DNA from: Candidatus Scalindua sp.
GTDB lineage: Bacteria; Planctomycetota; Brocadiia; Brocadiales; Scalinduaceae
Direction: 5' to 3'
Assembly (NCBI GenBank): GCA_031316235.1
Contig: JALDRA010000001.1
Coordinates: 3,090,001-3,122,000 of the forward strand
DNA length: 32,000 bases
Shown: positions 1-9,421 of the stretch, piece by piece
Layout: each line of letters opens with the position of its first letter
How positions within the stretch are numbered: the stretch's first letter is position 1
Notes under the pieces: generated by a model
What the model saw: the letters and a program-made list of their open reading frames with translations, nothing else
Databases searched by the model: none
Told to the model about the DNA's origin: nothing
Program-made: the position numbers and the translations under genes

Positions 1-1
1 T

Positions 2-1708
2 GTATTCGTATTGACATTATGTGTCAGCACTGATTTTTCAACCAAAGAGGCAGAGGCGGTTGAAATCATCACGCACTGGGTGCCGCACGAAGTATACGGT
101 ATGCCTGGCGATCCTGACAACTCTGGTAAGGTGTTCTTTTCAGGTCTGTATGCCAAATACATGGGGTATCCGGAAGGAGCGCCACCATATCCTGGTAAAT
201 ACAGCCGATTCTGGAGAACACTTCCAGCATATCGTTATTACCTCCCGGATTTCATGTATAACAGGGACGAGATCAGGCCGTCTAACCCAATCAAGGGGCA
301 GTTCAGACTTCAAGAATGTCTTGGCTGCCACTCAGTGGTTACCCCTGGTATCGTAAGGGATTATGAGAAGAGTGCACATGCCAAGGCTGAACCCAGCCCG
401 ACTGGATGTGACACTTGTCATGGTAATAACCATCAGAAGCTTTTGATGCCGAGCTCAAAATCTTGTGGTGTAAGCGATTGCCACGAAGAGCAGTATGTAC
501 AAAATATGCAAGGAGGAATCGGATCACACGGATCGTGTGCAAGCTTCGCTCAGATAGAATGTGCATGGTCAATTGAGAGACCTCCGGGAGATACAGCCGG
601 ATGTACTTTCTGCCATACAAGCTCAGAAGAGCGTTGCAGCACATGTCACCAGAGACATCAGTTCGATCCTGCAATAGCAAGACGATCAGAACAGTGCAAG
701 ACCTGTCACTGGGGTAAAGACCACAGGGATTGGGAAGCATATGATATCTCAATACATGGAGTTGTGTATCAGGTCAACAAGAACGATCCAAGCAACTTCG
801 ATTTCTCGAAGAAGCTTTCTGATGCTGATTACGTAGGACCTACCTGTCAGTATTGTCATATGAGAGGCGGCCATCACAATGTGCAGAGACTGTCAACCGT
901 ATACACCAGCATGGGTATGTCGAATGCGGACAGAGGTGCACCTCTTTGGAAAGAGAAGAGAGACACCTGGGTATCGGTATGCGACGATTGTCACTCACCA
1001 AGGTTTGCAAGAGAGAACCTGCAGGCGATGGACGAGGCATGTAAAGATGCCGGTCTTAAGTATACGGAGACGTTCAAGATTGCAGAGAACCTGCAGCTCG
1101 ATGGTATGGGCGAGCCTATGCCGAAGGATCTGGCACCTGACTGGAGTGGTCAGCACATATGGAGTTTGAAGATTGGTGCGTACCATGATGGCCCCGAATA
1201 CGGCGGAAAATCAGGTGAGTCTGGTGAGTTCAGAATGTCGAACTGCTCAGACATTGAAAGGGTCTGTTTTGAGAGTGTTGGATACTGGATGACTTACATA
1301 TTCAAAGGCATGGCACACGGTTCATGGAACGATGCAACCTACTGTGACGGTTCCTTTGGTATGGACAGATGGCTTGTGAAGGCAAAGGCAGCTGCTGAGC
1401 AGGCGAGAAGGTTTACGGCAATAGAGAAGAAGGTTGGAATCAACTGGGTGCCACAGGATTTCTGGAGGCATGGCGATTGGTTAGAACAGTTGTCTGGATG
1501 GAAGATAGTGAAGGAGTATCCTGGAAAGACAATATTCGATCTTTGTCCTGAGCCAGGCTGGCTTGATACACATCATGCACCAGCTGAGGAAGTGGAATAC
1601 ATAAACAGAAAGCTTAAAGAGCTGGGTATGACTGCCGGTTCACACAGTGCGCATGAGCAGCATTCCGGTGACCATGATCCTAATGCAAGATCCATGAAAG
1701 CACATTAA
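2..1708 (+). CDS. HAO-family (hydroxylamine oxidoreductase-like) octaheme cytochrome c, 5' end cut by the window edge
   Basis: The frame is open to nt 2, so the listed TTG at 11 is probably internal; VFVLTLCV looks like the tail of a signal peptide. Seven CxxCH motifs (CLGCH, CDTCH, CTFCH, CSTCH, CKTCH, CQYCH, CDDCH) plus one CX4CH (CGVSDCH, nt 464-484) give 8 heme sites. Size and motif order are typical of HAO-like proteins. The C-terminal tail is His-rich. Confidence 0.9.
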   Translation, partial: VFVLTLCVSTDFSTKEAEAVEIITHWVPHEVYGMPGDPDNSGKVFFSGLYAKYMGYPEGAPPYPGKYSRFWRTLPAYRYYLPDFMYNRDEIRPSNPIKGQFRLQECLGCHSVVTPGIVRDYEKSAHAKAEPSPTGCDTCHGNNHQKLLMPSSKSCGVSDCHEEQYVQNMQGGIGSHGSCASFAQIECAWSIERPPGDTAGCTFCHTSSEERCSTCHQRHQFDPAIARRSEQCKTCHWGKDHRDWEAYDISIHGVVYQVNKNDPSNFDFSKKLSDADYVGPTCQYCHMRGGHHNVQRLSTVYTSMGMSNADRGAPLWKEKRDTWVSVCDDCHSPRFARENLQAMDEACKDAGLKYTETFKIAENLQLDGMGEPMPKDLAPDWSGQHIWSLKIGAYHDGPEYGGKSGESGEFRMSNCSDIERVCFESVGYWMTYIFKGMAHGSWNDATYCDGSFGMDRWLVKAKAAAEQARRFTAIEKKVGINWVPQDFWRHGDWLEQLSGWKIVKEYPGKTIFDLCPEPGWLDTHHAPAEEVEYINRKLKELGMTAGSHSAHEQHSGDHDPNARSMKAH

Positions 1709-1774
1709 TATTTTTCATGGTTTCTTGAGATGTTTAGGTAATGAGCAGTTCTGTTAGCAGTTTATAAGTAGACA

Positions 1775-1808
1775 GGGAGCTGGGTATATACCCGGTTCCC
1801 CTGTTTTG
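1775..1808 (+). terminator. Putative rho-independent terminator after the HAO-like gene
   Basis: 11-bp stem GGGAGCTGGGT / ACCCGGTTCCC (two G.U pairs), 4-nt loop ATAT, followed by CTGTTTTGT. The T tract is short. Confidence 0.5.
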
Positions 1809-1868
1809 TATAATGTTATCATGAAAAAGCATCCATTTTTCTGTGGACTTTTTCATGATAACATTATA
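1809..1868. repeat. Perfect 21-bp inverted repeat with an 18-nt spacer
   Basis: TATAATGTTATCATGAAAAAG (1809-1829) and its exact reverse complement CTTTTTCATGATAACATTATA (1848-1868). The left arm contains TGTATAAT, an extended -10-like sequence. Confidence 0.9.
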
Positions 1869-2004
1869 GGCTATTGTCTGCGGTTTTCGGCTTTTGATTA
1901 CTTTATCATAATTTTGTGCACAGGGGTAAGTGTATTTCTAATTTTGAGTGATAAAAACTTATGAAAATTAGGTTGATATGCAGAAATATCGGGTGAGGAG
2001 AAAA

Positions 2005-3219
2005 ATGTATACGTGTATTGCGAGAAAAATGAGTGCGGTAAGTAGTTTGCTGATGGTTGTTTTCCTGATAGTAGTGACTGGTTGTGAAAAGGCAAAAAAT
2101 CATGTTGAGACGGGGCAGGCATTGCTTGATCAGGGTAAAGTTGAGGAGGCCTCGGTTGAATTCAAAAAGGCAGTAGAAAATGATCCCAAACTGGCAGAGG
2201 CGTATTTTAATCTGGGAAACGCCTATGTAAAGAAACAGATGTTTGATGAGGCGATCGAGAATTATAGAAAAGCGATCGGCATAAATCCTGAATACAAAGA
2301 TGCATATAAACAGATGGTCGACACTTTTGTTACAATCGGGCCACCTGCAACGGAGTTTGAGAAAAGGAGGAACAGGCTTGAAGAAGAGCCGGACAGCGTT
2401 ATGGCTCACCTGGATATGGGAGTATTTCTTCACAGTCTGGATCAGACAGAGAAGGCGATAGAGGAGTACGAACAGGCCCTGGCATTACAGCCTGAGAATC
2501 CTTTTATCTATTATAATCTGGCGGTCGCGTATCAGGATATGGCCCTCTTTGAGGAGAAGGCGATACCGCTTTATTTAAAGTCTATCGAATTAGATCCCTC
2601 GTATGACAAGGCTCACTACAACCTCGCGGTTTCCTACCTTAAGATCAACAACCTTGAAAAGGCAATGCAGGAATATGAGAAAACATTAGAAATTAATCCG
2701 AATTATGCTGACGTATATGTAGATTATGGGATGATCAGTATAAAAGGAAAAGACTTTGACAAGGCAATGGAACACTATGAAAAGGCCCTTGAGATCAATC
2801 CAAATTGCATAGCGGCATATTATCAGAAAGGTATTGTGTATGCTTTTCAGGAGAAATATGACGAGGCGTTGGCTCAAAACAAGAAGGTGTTAGAGCTGAA
2901 TCCTGACCACACAAACGCACAATTCAATATTGCTGTTGTCTACCACAAAAAGGGAGACCTGGAGAGGGCATTACAGGAATATAATAAGGTGATAATCATT
3001 GACCGAATTTACGAAGATGCTTATTATAATAGAGGTCAGGTATATGCATCAATGGGTGATACACCCAAGGCTTACAGCGATTACATAAGTTATAGCAGGA
3101 TTGTGAAAGCGAAGACTGGCAGAGAGGCGGCAGCAGTGGCATTGCGCGGTGTTGACGATGAGAAGGTCGAAAGCTTTATGGTTCCAAGTTTCAAGGACTG
3201 GCTGCTGGAATACGAATGA
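2005..3219 (+). CDS. TPR-repeat lipoprotein
   Basis: The ORF runs 1978..3219. ATG 2005 is preferred because GAGGAG lies 5 nt upstream. Signal peptide with lipobox VVTGC. Multiple 34-aa TPR units (AxxxYxxAIxxxP pattern). Confidence 0.8.
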   Translation: MYTCIARKMSAVSSLLMVVFLIVVTGCEKAKNHVETGQALLDQGKVEEASVEFKKAVENDPKLAEAYFNLGNAYVKKQMFDEAIENYRKAIGINPEYKDAYKQMVDTFVTIGPPATEFEKRRNRLEEEPDSVMAHLDMGVFLHSLDQTEKAIEEYEQALALQPENPFIYYNLAVAYQDMALFEEKAIPLYLKSIELDPSYDKAHYNLAVSYLKINNLEKAMQEYEKTLEINPNYADVYVDYGMISIKGKDFDKAMEHYEKALEINPNCIAAYYQKGIVYAFQEKYDEALAQNKKVLELNPDHTNAQFNIAVVYHKKGDLERALQEYNKVIIIDRIYEDAYYNRGQVYASMGDTPKAYSDYISYSRIVKAKTGREAAAVALRGVDDEKVESFMVPSFKDWLLEYE

Positions 3220-3484
3220 TGTGCCGGTAATGGTTGGATAACAATACAAGTACTCTGGATGTATGTAGATTTTCGTTTTACCGGTAAATAAATCAGCAGA
3301 TGACATTTTCTTGAGCCGAAGAACATGAGGCGCAGAGAAAATGGTGTGTAGCTGTAGCATGGAACGCTGCCCACTGTTCTACAGATCTGGCCGGTGGAGG
3401 TGAAGTTGCTATTTTAAAAGAGGTGCGCAGGGTGCGCTTGACCTCGATAATGTTTTTTTGGTGTTAAAATCAGGTAATAAGACA

Positions 3485-4708
3485 ATGAAAAAGTATGCTT
3501 ATGTTGTAGTTGTTTTTATGGTTTTTTTTATCATGAGTTGTGAAAAGGCCGCAGACCATGTTAAGATCGGCGATACACTCATCCTGGAGGGAAAGGCGGA
3601 GGATGCCATTGAGGAGTACAAAAAGGCTATTCAGATAGATGCCGATAAAGCGGAGGTATATTATAAACTGGGAGAGGCATATCTGAAAAAAGAGATGTTG
3701 GAAGATGCGGTGACGGTGTTCAGAAAAGCTGTTGAAATTCGTCCTGATTATGTTGATGCACATAAGAAACTGAATGAAACATTTGGGAAAATCGGTGTGC
3801 CGTTAGATGAGATGACTCTATGCAAAAATGCTATTGAGAGTAATCCAAAAGATATTGATGCCCGGTTGCGTCTGGGGGTATTATATCTGAAGTTAAGGAA
3901 TATGGAATCGGCCTTTGAGCAATTTAAGGCTGTTCTGGAAATAGTTCCTTATAATGCCGAAGCGCACTTTCTTCTTGGAGTAGCATATCAGGATTTTAAT
4001 CTGCTTGAAAATGCCATACCTTCTTACGAAAAGACAATTGAGCTGAAGCCTGGTCATGAAAAGGCGTATTATAACCTGGGCATTGCATATATTGCTACAG
4101 GCGAATACGATAAGGCGTTAAAGCACCTCCTGGAAGCAGAGGCATTGGGACCTGACAATAAAGATACCTACTGTAATTTGGGGCTTGTCTATTATCTCAA
4201 GGGTATGAGTGACGATGCTACAAACTACCTCAAGAAAGCACTGGAGATTGATCCCGATATGGCAGAGGCTCACTATTTTCTGGGTGTTCTTTATGCAAGC
4301 AAAAATATGTACCAAGAGGCGATAGAGGAGAATAAGAAGGTTATTGCTTCGAACCCCGATTATGTGAATGCCCATTTCAATCTTGGTACCTTGTATCACA
4401 AACAGGAACTGTTCGAAGAGGCAATTGCTGAGTATTCAAAGACGATCTCTATTGATCCAGGGTTTGCCGATGCGTATTACAACAAGGGGCAAGCCTTAAT
4501 CTCTTTAGGAAAAAAGGCTGATGCACGCGATGAATACGAAAAATACCGAATGGTAAGGAAAACCGAAAGAGGGTCTACCAGCCTCTTAGAGTTCGATTCC
4601 AAGATGATGGGTACTTTGGAACAATTTGAATATAATATGGAGCAGATGAAAAAAGATATCGCTAAAAAAGAGACGGAAAGGACTGTTTTACCAGAGGTAG
4701 CTCAGTAA
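3485..4708 (+). CDS. TPR-repeat lipoprotein, paralog of 2005..3219
   Basis: The ORF runs 3458..4708; ATG 3485 gives MKKYAYVVVVFMVFFIMSC (lipobox IMSC). Mature N-terminus CEKAADHVKIG aligns with CEKAKNHVETG of the upstream gene. Length and TPR layout are the same. Confidence 0.8.
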   Translation: MKKYAYVVVVFMVFFIMSCEKAADHVKIGDTLILEGKAEDAIEEYKKAIQIDADKAEVYYKLGEAYLKKEMLEDAVTVFRKAVEIRPDYVDAHKKLNETFGKIGVPLDEMTLCKNAIESNPKDIDARLRLGVLYLKLRNMESAFEQFKAVLEIVPYNAEAHFLLGVAYQDFNLLENAIPSYEKTIELKPGHEKAYYNLGIAYIATGEYDKALKHLLEAEALGPDNKDTYCNLGLVYYLKGMSDDATNYLKKALEIDPDMAEAHYFLGVLYASKNMYQEAIEENKKVIASNPDYVNAHFNLGTLYHKQELFEEAIAEYSKTISIDPGFADAYYNKGQALISLGKKADARDEYEKYRMVRKTERGSTSLLEFDSKMMGTLEQFEYNMEQMKKDIAKKETERTVLPEVAQ

Positions 4709-5028
4709 CGGTAGACCTAAAAGTCATTGTTTTTTGGTGAGGATTGTGTCCCGGTGGTTGTATCTCAGGAACAGTTACCTCTCTGGCAGTGTTGATTATG
4801 CGATGACTGTAGTAAGTCTGTCTGTAAACCATTAGTATTTTTTTCAGTAAAATCATCAGGTTCTCAGAGGGTTTTTGGATTACTCTCTCCTTCCGGTATC
4901 TCTGTAATGAGGAACAATCTGCCTGAGAAGGTACAGCTGATTCCTGTTTGGGATGATGAAATAACAGCATCCCTCAAGAGGATTCTGTTAGAGAAGGGTG
5001 TCAGATCTGACGTGACTCAATGAAAATG

Positions 5029-5062
5029 AAAAAAATCCGCCAGACTGATACGAGTCTGGCGG
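5029..5062 (-). terminator. Rho-independent terminator of the minus-strand FGE-sulfatase gene
   Basis: 10-bp perfect stem CCGCCAGACT (5037-5046) / AGTCTGGCGG (5053-5062) with a 6-nt loop. On the minus strand it is followed by A+T7 (plus-strand A-run 5029-5035). Confidence 0.75.
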
Positions 5063-5087
5063 AAAACTTCTTCGAACCCGAAAAGGT

Positions 5088-6446
5088 TTAATTTGAAGGG
5101 CTCACAACATCCTTGGCACATCTGAAGCCGACACTCTTGTTTCTCTCTCCCGGCTCTCCAAACATTCTTACCGCACAACGCATCTTATATACGTTGGCGG
5201 CAAACAGGGACCCCCCTCTTATGATACGTTTACCCGTTTTTGTTGCCGGGCCTTTTGGGTTTTTCCTGGGACTTTCGTAATAGTATGAAGGATGGTACCA
5301 GTCATTACACCATTCAGATACACTCCCTGACATATCACTGCAGCCATACACACTGTTACCTGATTCATAGCTTCCTACAGTGAGAATACCTTCCGGTCCA
5401 ATATTACAGTTCTTCATTTCCCACACATTACCCCAGGGGAATCTCCTCCCGTCAGTCCCTCTGGCAGCCTTTTCCCACTCTGCTTCAGTGGGAAGACGTT
5501 TTCCTGCCCATGCAGCATATGCATAAGCATCATACCAATCAACCCGTGTAACCGGATAGTCGGCATAATTATAATACTTATATTCGTATCCATTAAAAGG
5601 GCTGCCTGGTATATGGTTTTTATTAAGAGGCTCTCCAGGATAACATTTGCTGTGGTCACCTGTCCTCGTAATGTATTCCAGAAATTCCCAATATTGAGCG
5701 TTTGTTACCTCGTATTTATCAATATAATAGGCATCGAGAAATACCGTGTGCTGAGGCATCTCTTCCTGTATGAAATCCTCTTGACTGCTTCCCATGGTAA
5801 AATCAGAAGCAGGTACGAGGATCATCTCTTCCCACTTATCTCTATTCTTTTTCAGAGCTTCCATCATTTCGTCTTTTCTGTCAATGACTCTCTTTTCCGC
5901 AATCTTTTGTTTGTCATCTATCTCAAGAAACACCAATACTTTACCAATGAAATCATCAATCTTGTTTATCTGGTCTGATCCAGGTACCTGTTGACTCCTG
6001 CATATCTCTAAATGTTCTATAGCTTTCCTGTGGTTATTGAGCTTCCAGTACGTTCCGGCCATGTACCAATGTAGAGAAGCTAAATCAGGATTAAGCTCTT
6101 CAGCCTTTAAATATAATTCGAGGGCCCCCTTATAATCTCCCGAATTCTCACGAAGTGCATTCGCACTTTCTATGTATTTCCGGACTAGTAATGTTTTTTC
6201 ATCTTTAGGGTCCTCTTTCTCAGATTGAGGACTTTCCATTGCATCTTTCTGCGTTTGCATACTTGGATCTGCCGAAGGAACGAGCTCCAGTTTTTCCCCA
6301 TCCAGTGGGCAATACACGCTACTATCAGAAAATATTTTTTCGCATTTGGGACAGCTCTTTTTTTCTGCTCCCATTGATATCTCAGCGTATGTTATGGAAA
6401 CGAAAAGAAAGAGAATAATACGCAATGTTACAAAAACACTTTTCAA
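5088..6446 (-). CDS. FGE-sulfatase (SUMF1/EgtB/PvdO-type) domain protein with N-terminal signal/TM, zinc-ribbon-like CPKC..CPLDG and a TPR segment
   Basis: The C-terminal half has FGE-sulfatase hallmarks: YYIDKYEVTNAQY, RLPTEAEWEKAARG, RFPWGN, RGGS, VGFRCAKD. TTG start with AAGGAGG 5 nt upstream. Confidence 0.85.
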   Translation of the reverse strand: MKSVFVTLRIILFLFVSITYAEISMGAEKKSCPKCEKIFSDSSVYCPLDGEKLELVPSADPSMQTQKDAMESPQSEKEDPKDEKTLLVRKYIESANALRENSGDYKGALELYLKAEELNPDLASLHWYMAGTYWKLNNHRKAIEHLEICRSQQVPGSDQINKIDDFIGKVLVFLEIDDKQKIAEKRVIDRKDEMMEALKKNRDKWEEMILVPASDFTMGSSQEDFIQEEMPQHTVFLDAYYIDKYEVTNAQYWEFLEYITRTGDHSKCYPGEPLNKNHIPGSPFNGYEYKYYNYADYPVTRVDWYDAYAYAAWAGKRLPTEAEWEKAARGTDGRRFPWGNVWEMKNCNIGPEGILTVGSYESGNSVYGCSDMSGSVSEWCNDWYHPSYYYESPRKNPKGPATKTGKRIIRGGSLFAANVYKMRCAVRMFGEPGERNKSVGFRCAKDVVSPSN

Positions 6447-6585
6447 TGAAACCTCCTTATAAACGAAATCAATTAAGAATGATCTACTGTCTCATGCAGA
6501 ATAAAATAAATTACATTCGAATTATAACCATCGTATTTGATTAAATCAACCTTAAATAAACAAGCCATTTTGAGAGTAAAATGTC

Positions 6586-6614
6586 TTGATATTAGATTTC
6601 TTTTTTGGTAGTAT
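6586..6614 (+). promoter_or_regulatory. Candidate sigma-70 promoter in the divergent control region
   Basis: TTGATA (6586-6591), 17-nt spacer, TAGTAT (6609-6614). It would leave a ~255-nt leader before the cytochrome gene, so the assignment is uncertain. Confidence 0.3.
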
Positions 6615-6876
6615 CTTCGAAAATCTCATGTTCAGGTACTTTTACTTGCATTTCTGGATAGTGTATAGTGTATGCCTGTCGAGCAGCTTCTCTCTTTTTC
6701 CGATTGGATTTGGGGTTCATCCTTGATACTTCTGTCTGGAGTATTGACTTCGATTCTTAACGTTCAAGGGTGAAGACACCTGACTGAACATCTGATGTAT
6801 TGAAGAAAAAGGATCTATTTTACTATTTACCTTTACTGTATAGTTAGTACCAAAGTAACATTATAAGGAGGTTTCT

Positions 6877-8088
6877 ATGGATTGTGAGTCTTGCAAGGGC
6901 AAAATTAGGAATGTTTTAAAACTTGTACTGGATCAGGTAAAGAAACATAAAAAGTTGGTTGGACTTTTGTTTGTTGTCTTTGTAGCTGTTGCGTTGGTTG
7001 GGGGAAGAAAGTTCTATCATTATGCTGAGTCGAGTGAGTTCTGCGGCAGCTGTCATGAGATGGACGTCCATTATGATTCCTTTATGAGTTCGAAGCATAA
7101 TAATGAGCATGTTCATGCATGCCACACCTGTCACATTGGACCAGGATTAAAAGGCTTTCTGCATGCAAAATTGAGTGATGGTACCCATGACTCAATTGAG
7201 CATTTTAAAAAAACCTATCTTACGAGCAAGGATTCGGGATTGTTTATTGATATTGCTGAAGATAGTGTATCTATTGTTCATAACAATTGCGTTGATTGTC
7301 ATGTTAATGAAGAGTTTACAAAGGATAAAACCCATATTGAAAAGGTCTTGCTATCAAAGAAAACCGGGGAAGACGGTGCTCCTGCTGATTTTACCTGTAT
7401 GGATTGTCACCTTGGTCTTGTGCATCCGCACATGAAAGCAGATATGTTTAAGGCTTATGTGGATGAAAAGGTACCACCTTTCGGCACCTTTTCACAGGAA
7501 GACTGTTTCGCCTGTCACAGGCATGCTACTCCAGAGATCGTAAAAGAGTGGACAAACAGTTCTCATGCATTAAAAGGGGTGACTTGTCTTGGCTGTCATG
7601 GAGAAGACCACGGAGTGATTGTTGAGAGAAATGGTGAGGTGTTGCCAAGTCAGTGCGGTAAATGCCATGAAACGATGTTTAATGATTTCGCTCAGAGTAA
7701 ACATTACAATGGAAGAATAGTTGCAGAGTTTGATGGACTTGTGTCAAGTACAAAAAACCTGACGGTCAGGAAGGATTGTGAGGAGTGCCATATGCTTGGT
7801 TTAAACAAGTCATGGGATGATGGTTCCGGGGGAAGCTGTAACAGTTGTCACCCGAAGCATCTGTTTTCCCGTAAGGAGGCAGCGATGGCAAAGGTGTGTG
7901 AAAATTGCCATATAGGCGGACCACCTCATGCTCAACTTGATATGAATTTAAAGACGGTACACGGTAAAATCTACAAGGGTGGAGAACTTAATGGAGAAAC
8001 TTCATTCACCTGCCAGTCTTGCCATAGCGACCCGTATAACCATCACAATTTCACCAGAAATGTAAATGGGATTTCAGATGGTTCTTGA
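6877..8088 (+). CDS. Membrane-anchored undecaheme cytochrome c with a NapC/NirT-like N-terminal module
   Basis: AAGGAGG lies 7 nt upstream of the ATG. One N-terminal TM helix (LVGLLFVVFVAVALVGG). 11 CxxCH motifs: CGSCH, CHTCH, CVDCH, CMDCH, CFACH, CLGCH, CGKCH, CEECH, CNSCH, CENCH, CQSCH. The first four follow the TM helix as in NapC/NirT quinol dehydrogenases. Confidence 0.85.
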   Translation: MDCESCKGKIRNVLKLVLDQVKKHKKLVGLLFVVFVAVALVGGRKFYHYAESSEFCGSCHEMDVHYDSFMSSKHNNEHVHACHTCHIGPGLKGFLHAKLSDGTHDSIEHFKKTYLTSKDSGLFIDIAEDSVSIVHNNCVDCHVNEEFTKDKTHIEKVLLSKKTGEDGAPADFTCMDCHLGLVHPHMKADMFKAYVDEKVPPFGTFSQEDCFACHRHATPEIVKEWTNSSHALKGVTCLGCHGEDHGVIVERNGEVLPSQCGKCHETMFNDFAQSKHYNGRIVAEFDGLVSSTKNLTVRKDCEECHMLGLNKSWDDGSGGSCNSCHPKHLFSRKEAAMAKVCENCHIGGPPHAQLDMNLKTVHGKIYKGGELNGETSFTCQSCHSDPYNHHNFTRNVNGISDGS

Positions 8089-8160
8089 ATGGTTAGTGTG
8101 TACAACAGCCCTTCAGCTAAAAAGATAGCGGAAAAAGGGTTTTTTATTTCTTTACTATAA

Positions 8161-9144
<984 letters not shown>

Positions 9145-9342
9145 ATCGGTTGCCCCTTCAAGGGTAAGAGGGAAGCTCAACCTGGCCTTTTACTGAGCCC
9201 GATCCGATCCCTGCAGTCCACTCTGAGTGTCATTTTTATTCCTGAATTATCGTCATGTGCATACACCCAAAAAACCCGCTTCGTTTCCCTCCATAGTTGC
9301 TCTGGGAATGAGTAATCGAAAGAGTAAGAGGTATGAAACTCG

Positions 9343-9371
9343 TTGACACAACGAAGAAATGGAAATAGAAT
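9343..9371 (+). promoter_or_regulatory. Candidate sigma-70 promoter for the PAS kinase / sigma-54 regulator pair
   Basis: TTGACA (9343-9348), exactly 17 nt, TAGAAT (9366-9371), about 50 nt upstream of ATG 9422. Confidence 0.45.
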
Positions 9372-9421
9372 GAAACAGGAGCACCATATTTTTTCCATTT
9401 CTTCATTTTTCCATTTACGGT

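Noticed and set aside
3223-3286. GCCGGTAA / TTACCGGT inverted repeat after the first TPR gene as a terminator
   Set aside because: Only 7 of 8 bp pair, the loop is about 47 nt and there is no T tract. This is within chance expectation.
4662-4970. 102-aa minus-strand ORF overlapping the end of the second TPR gene
   Set aside because: Composition looks random, it overlaps a well-supported CDS, and it has no RBS.
4907-5023. 38-aa plus-strand ORF (MRNNLPEKVQLIPVWDDEITASLKRILLEKGVRSDVTQ) just before the bidirectional-looking hairpin
   Set aside because: No SD, no recognisable family and too short to support. It may be a gene remnant.
6661-6680. Tandem AGTGTAT-AGTGTAT heptamer in the divergent control region as a regulator site
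   Set aside because: Only two units, too short to distinguish from chance.
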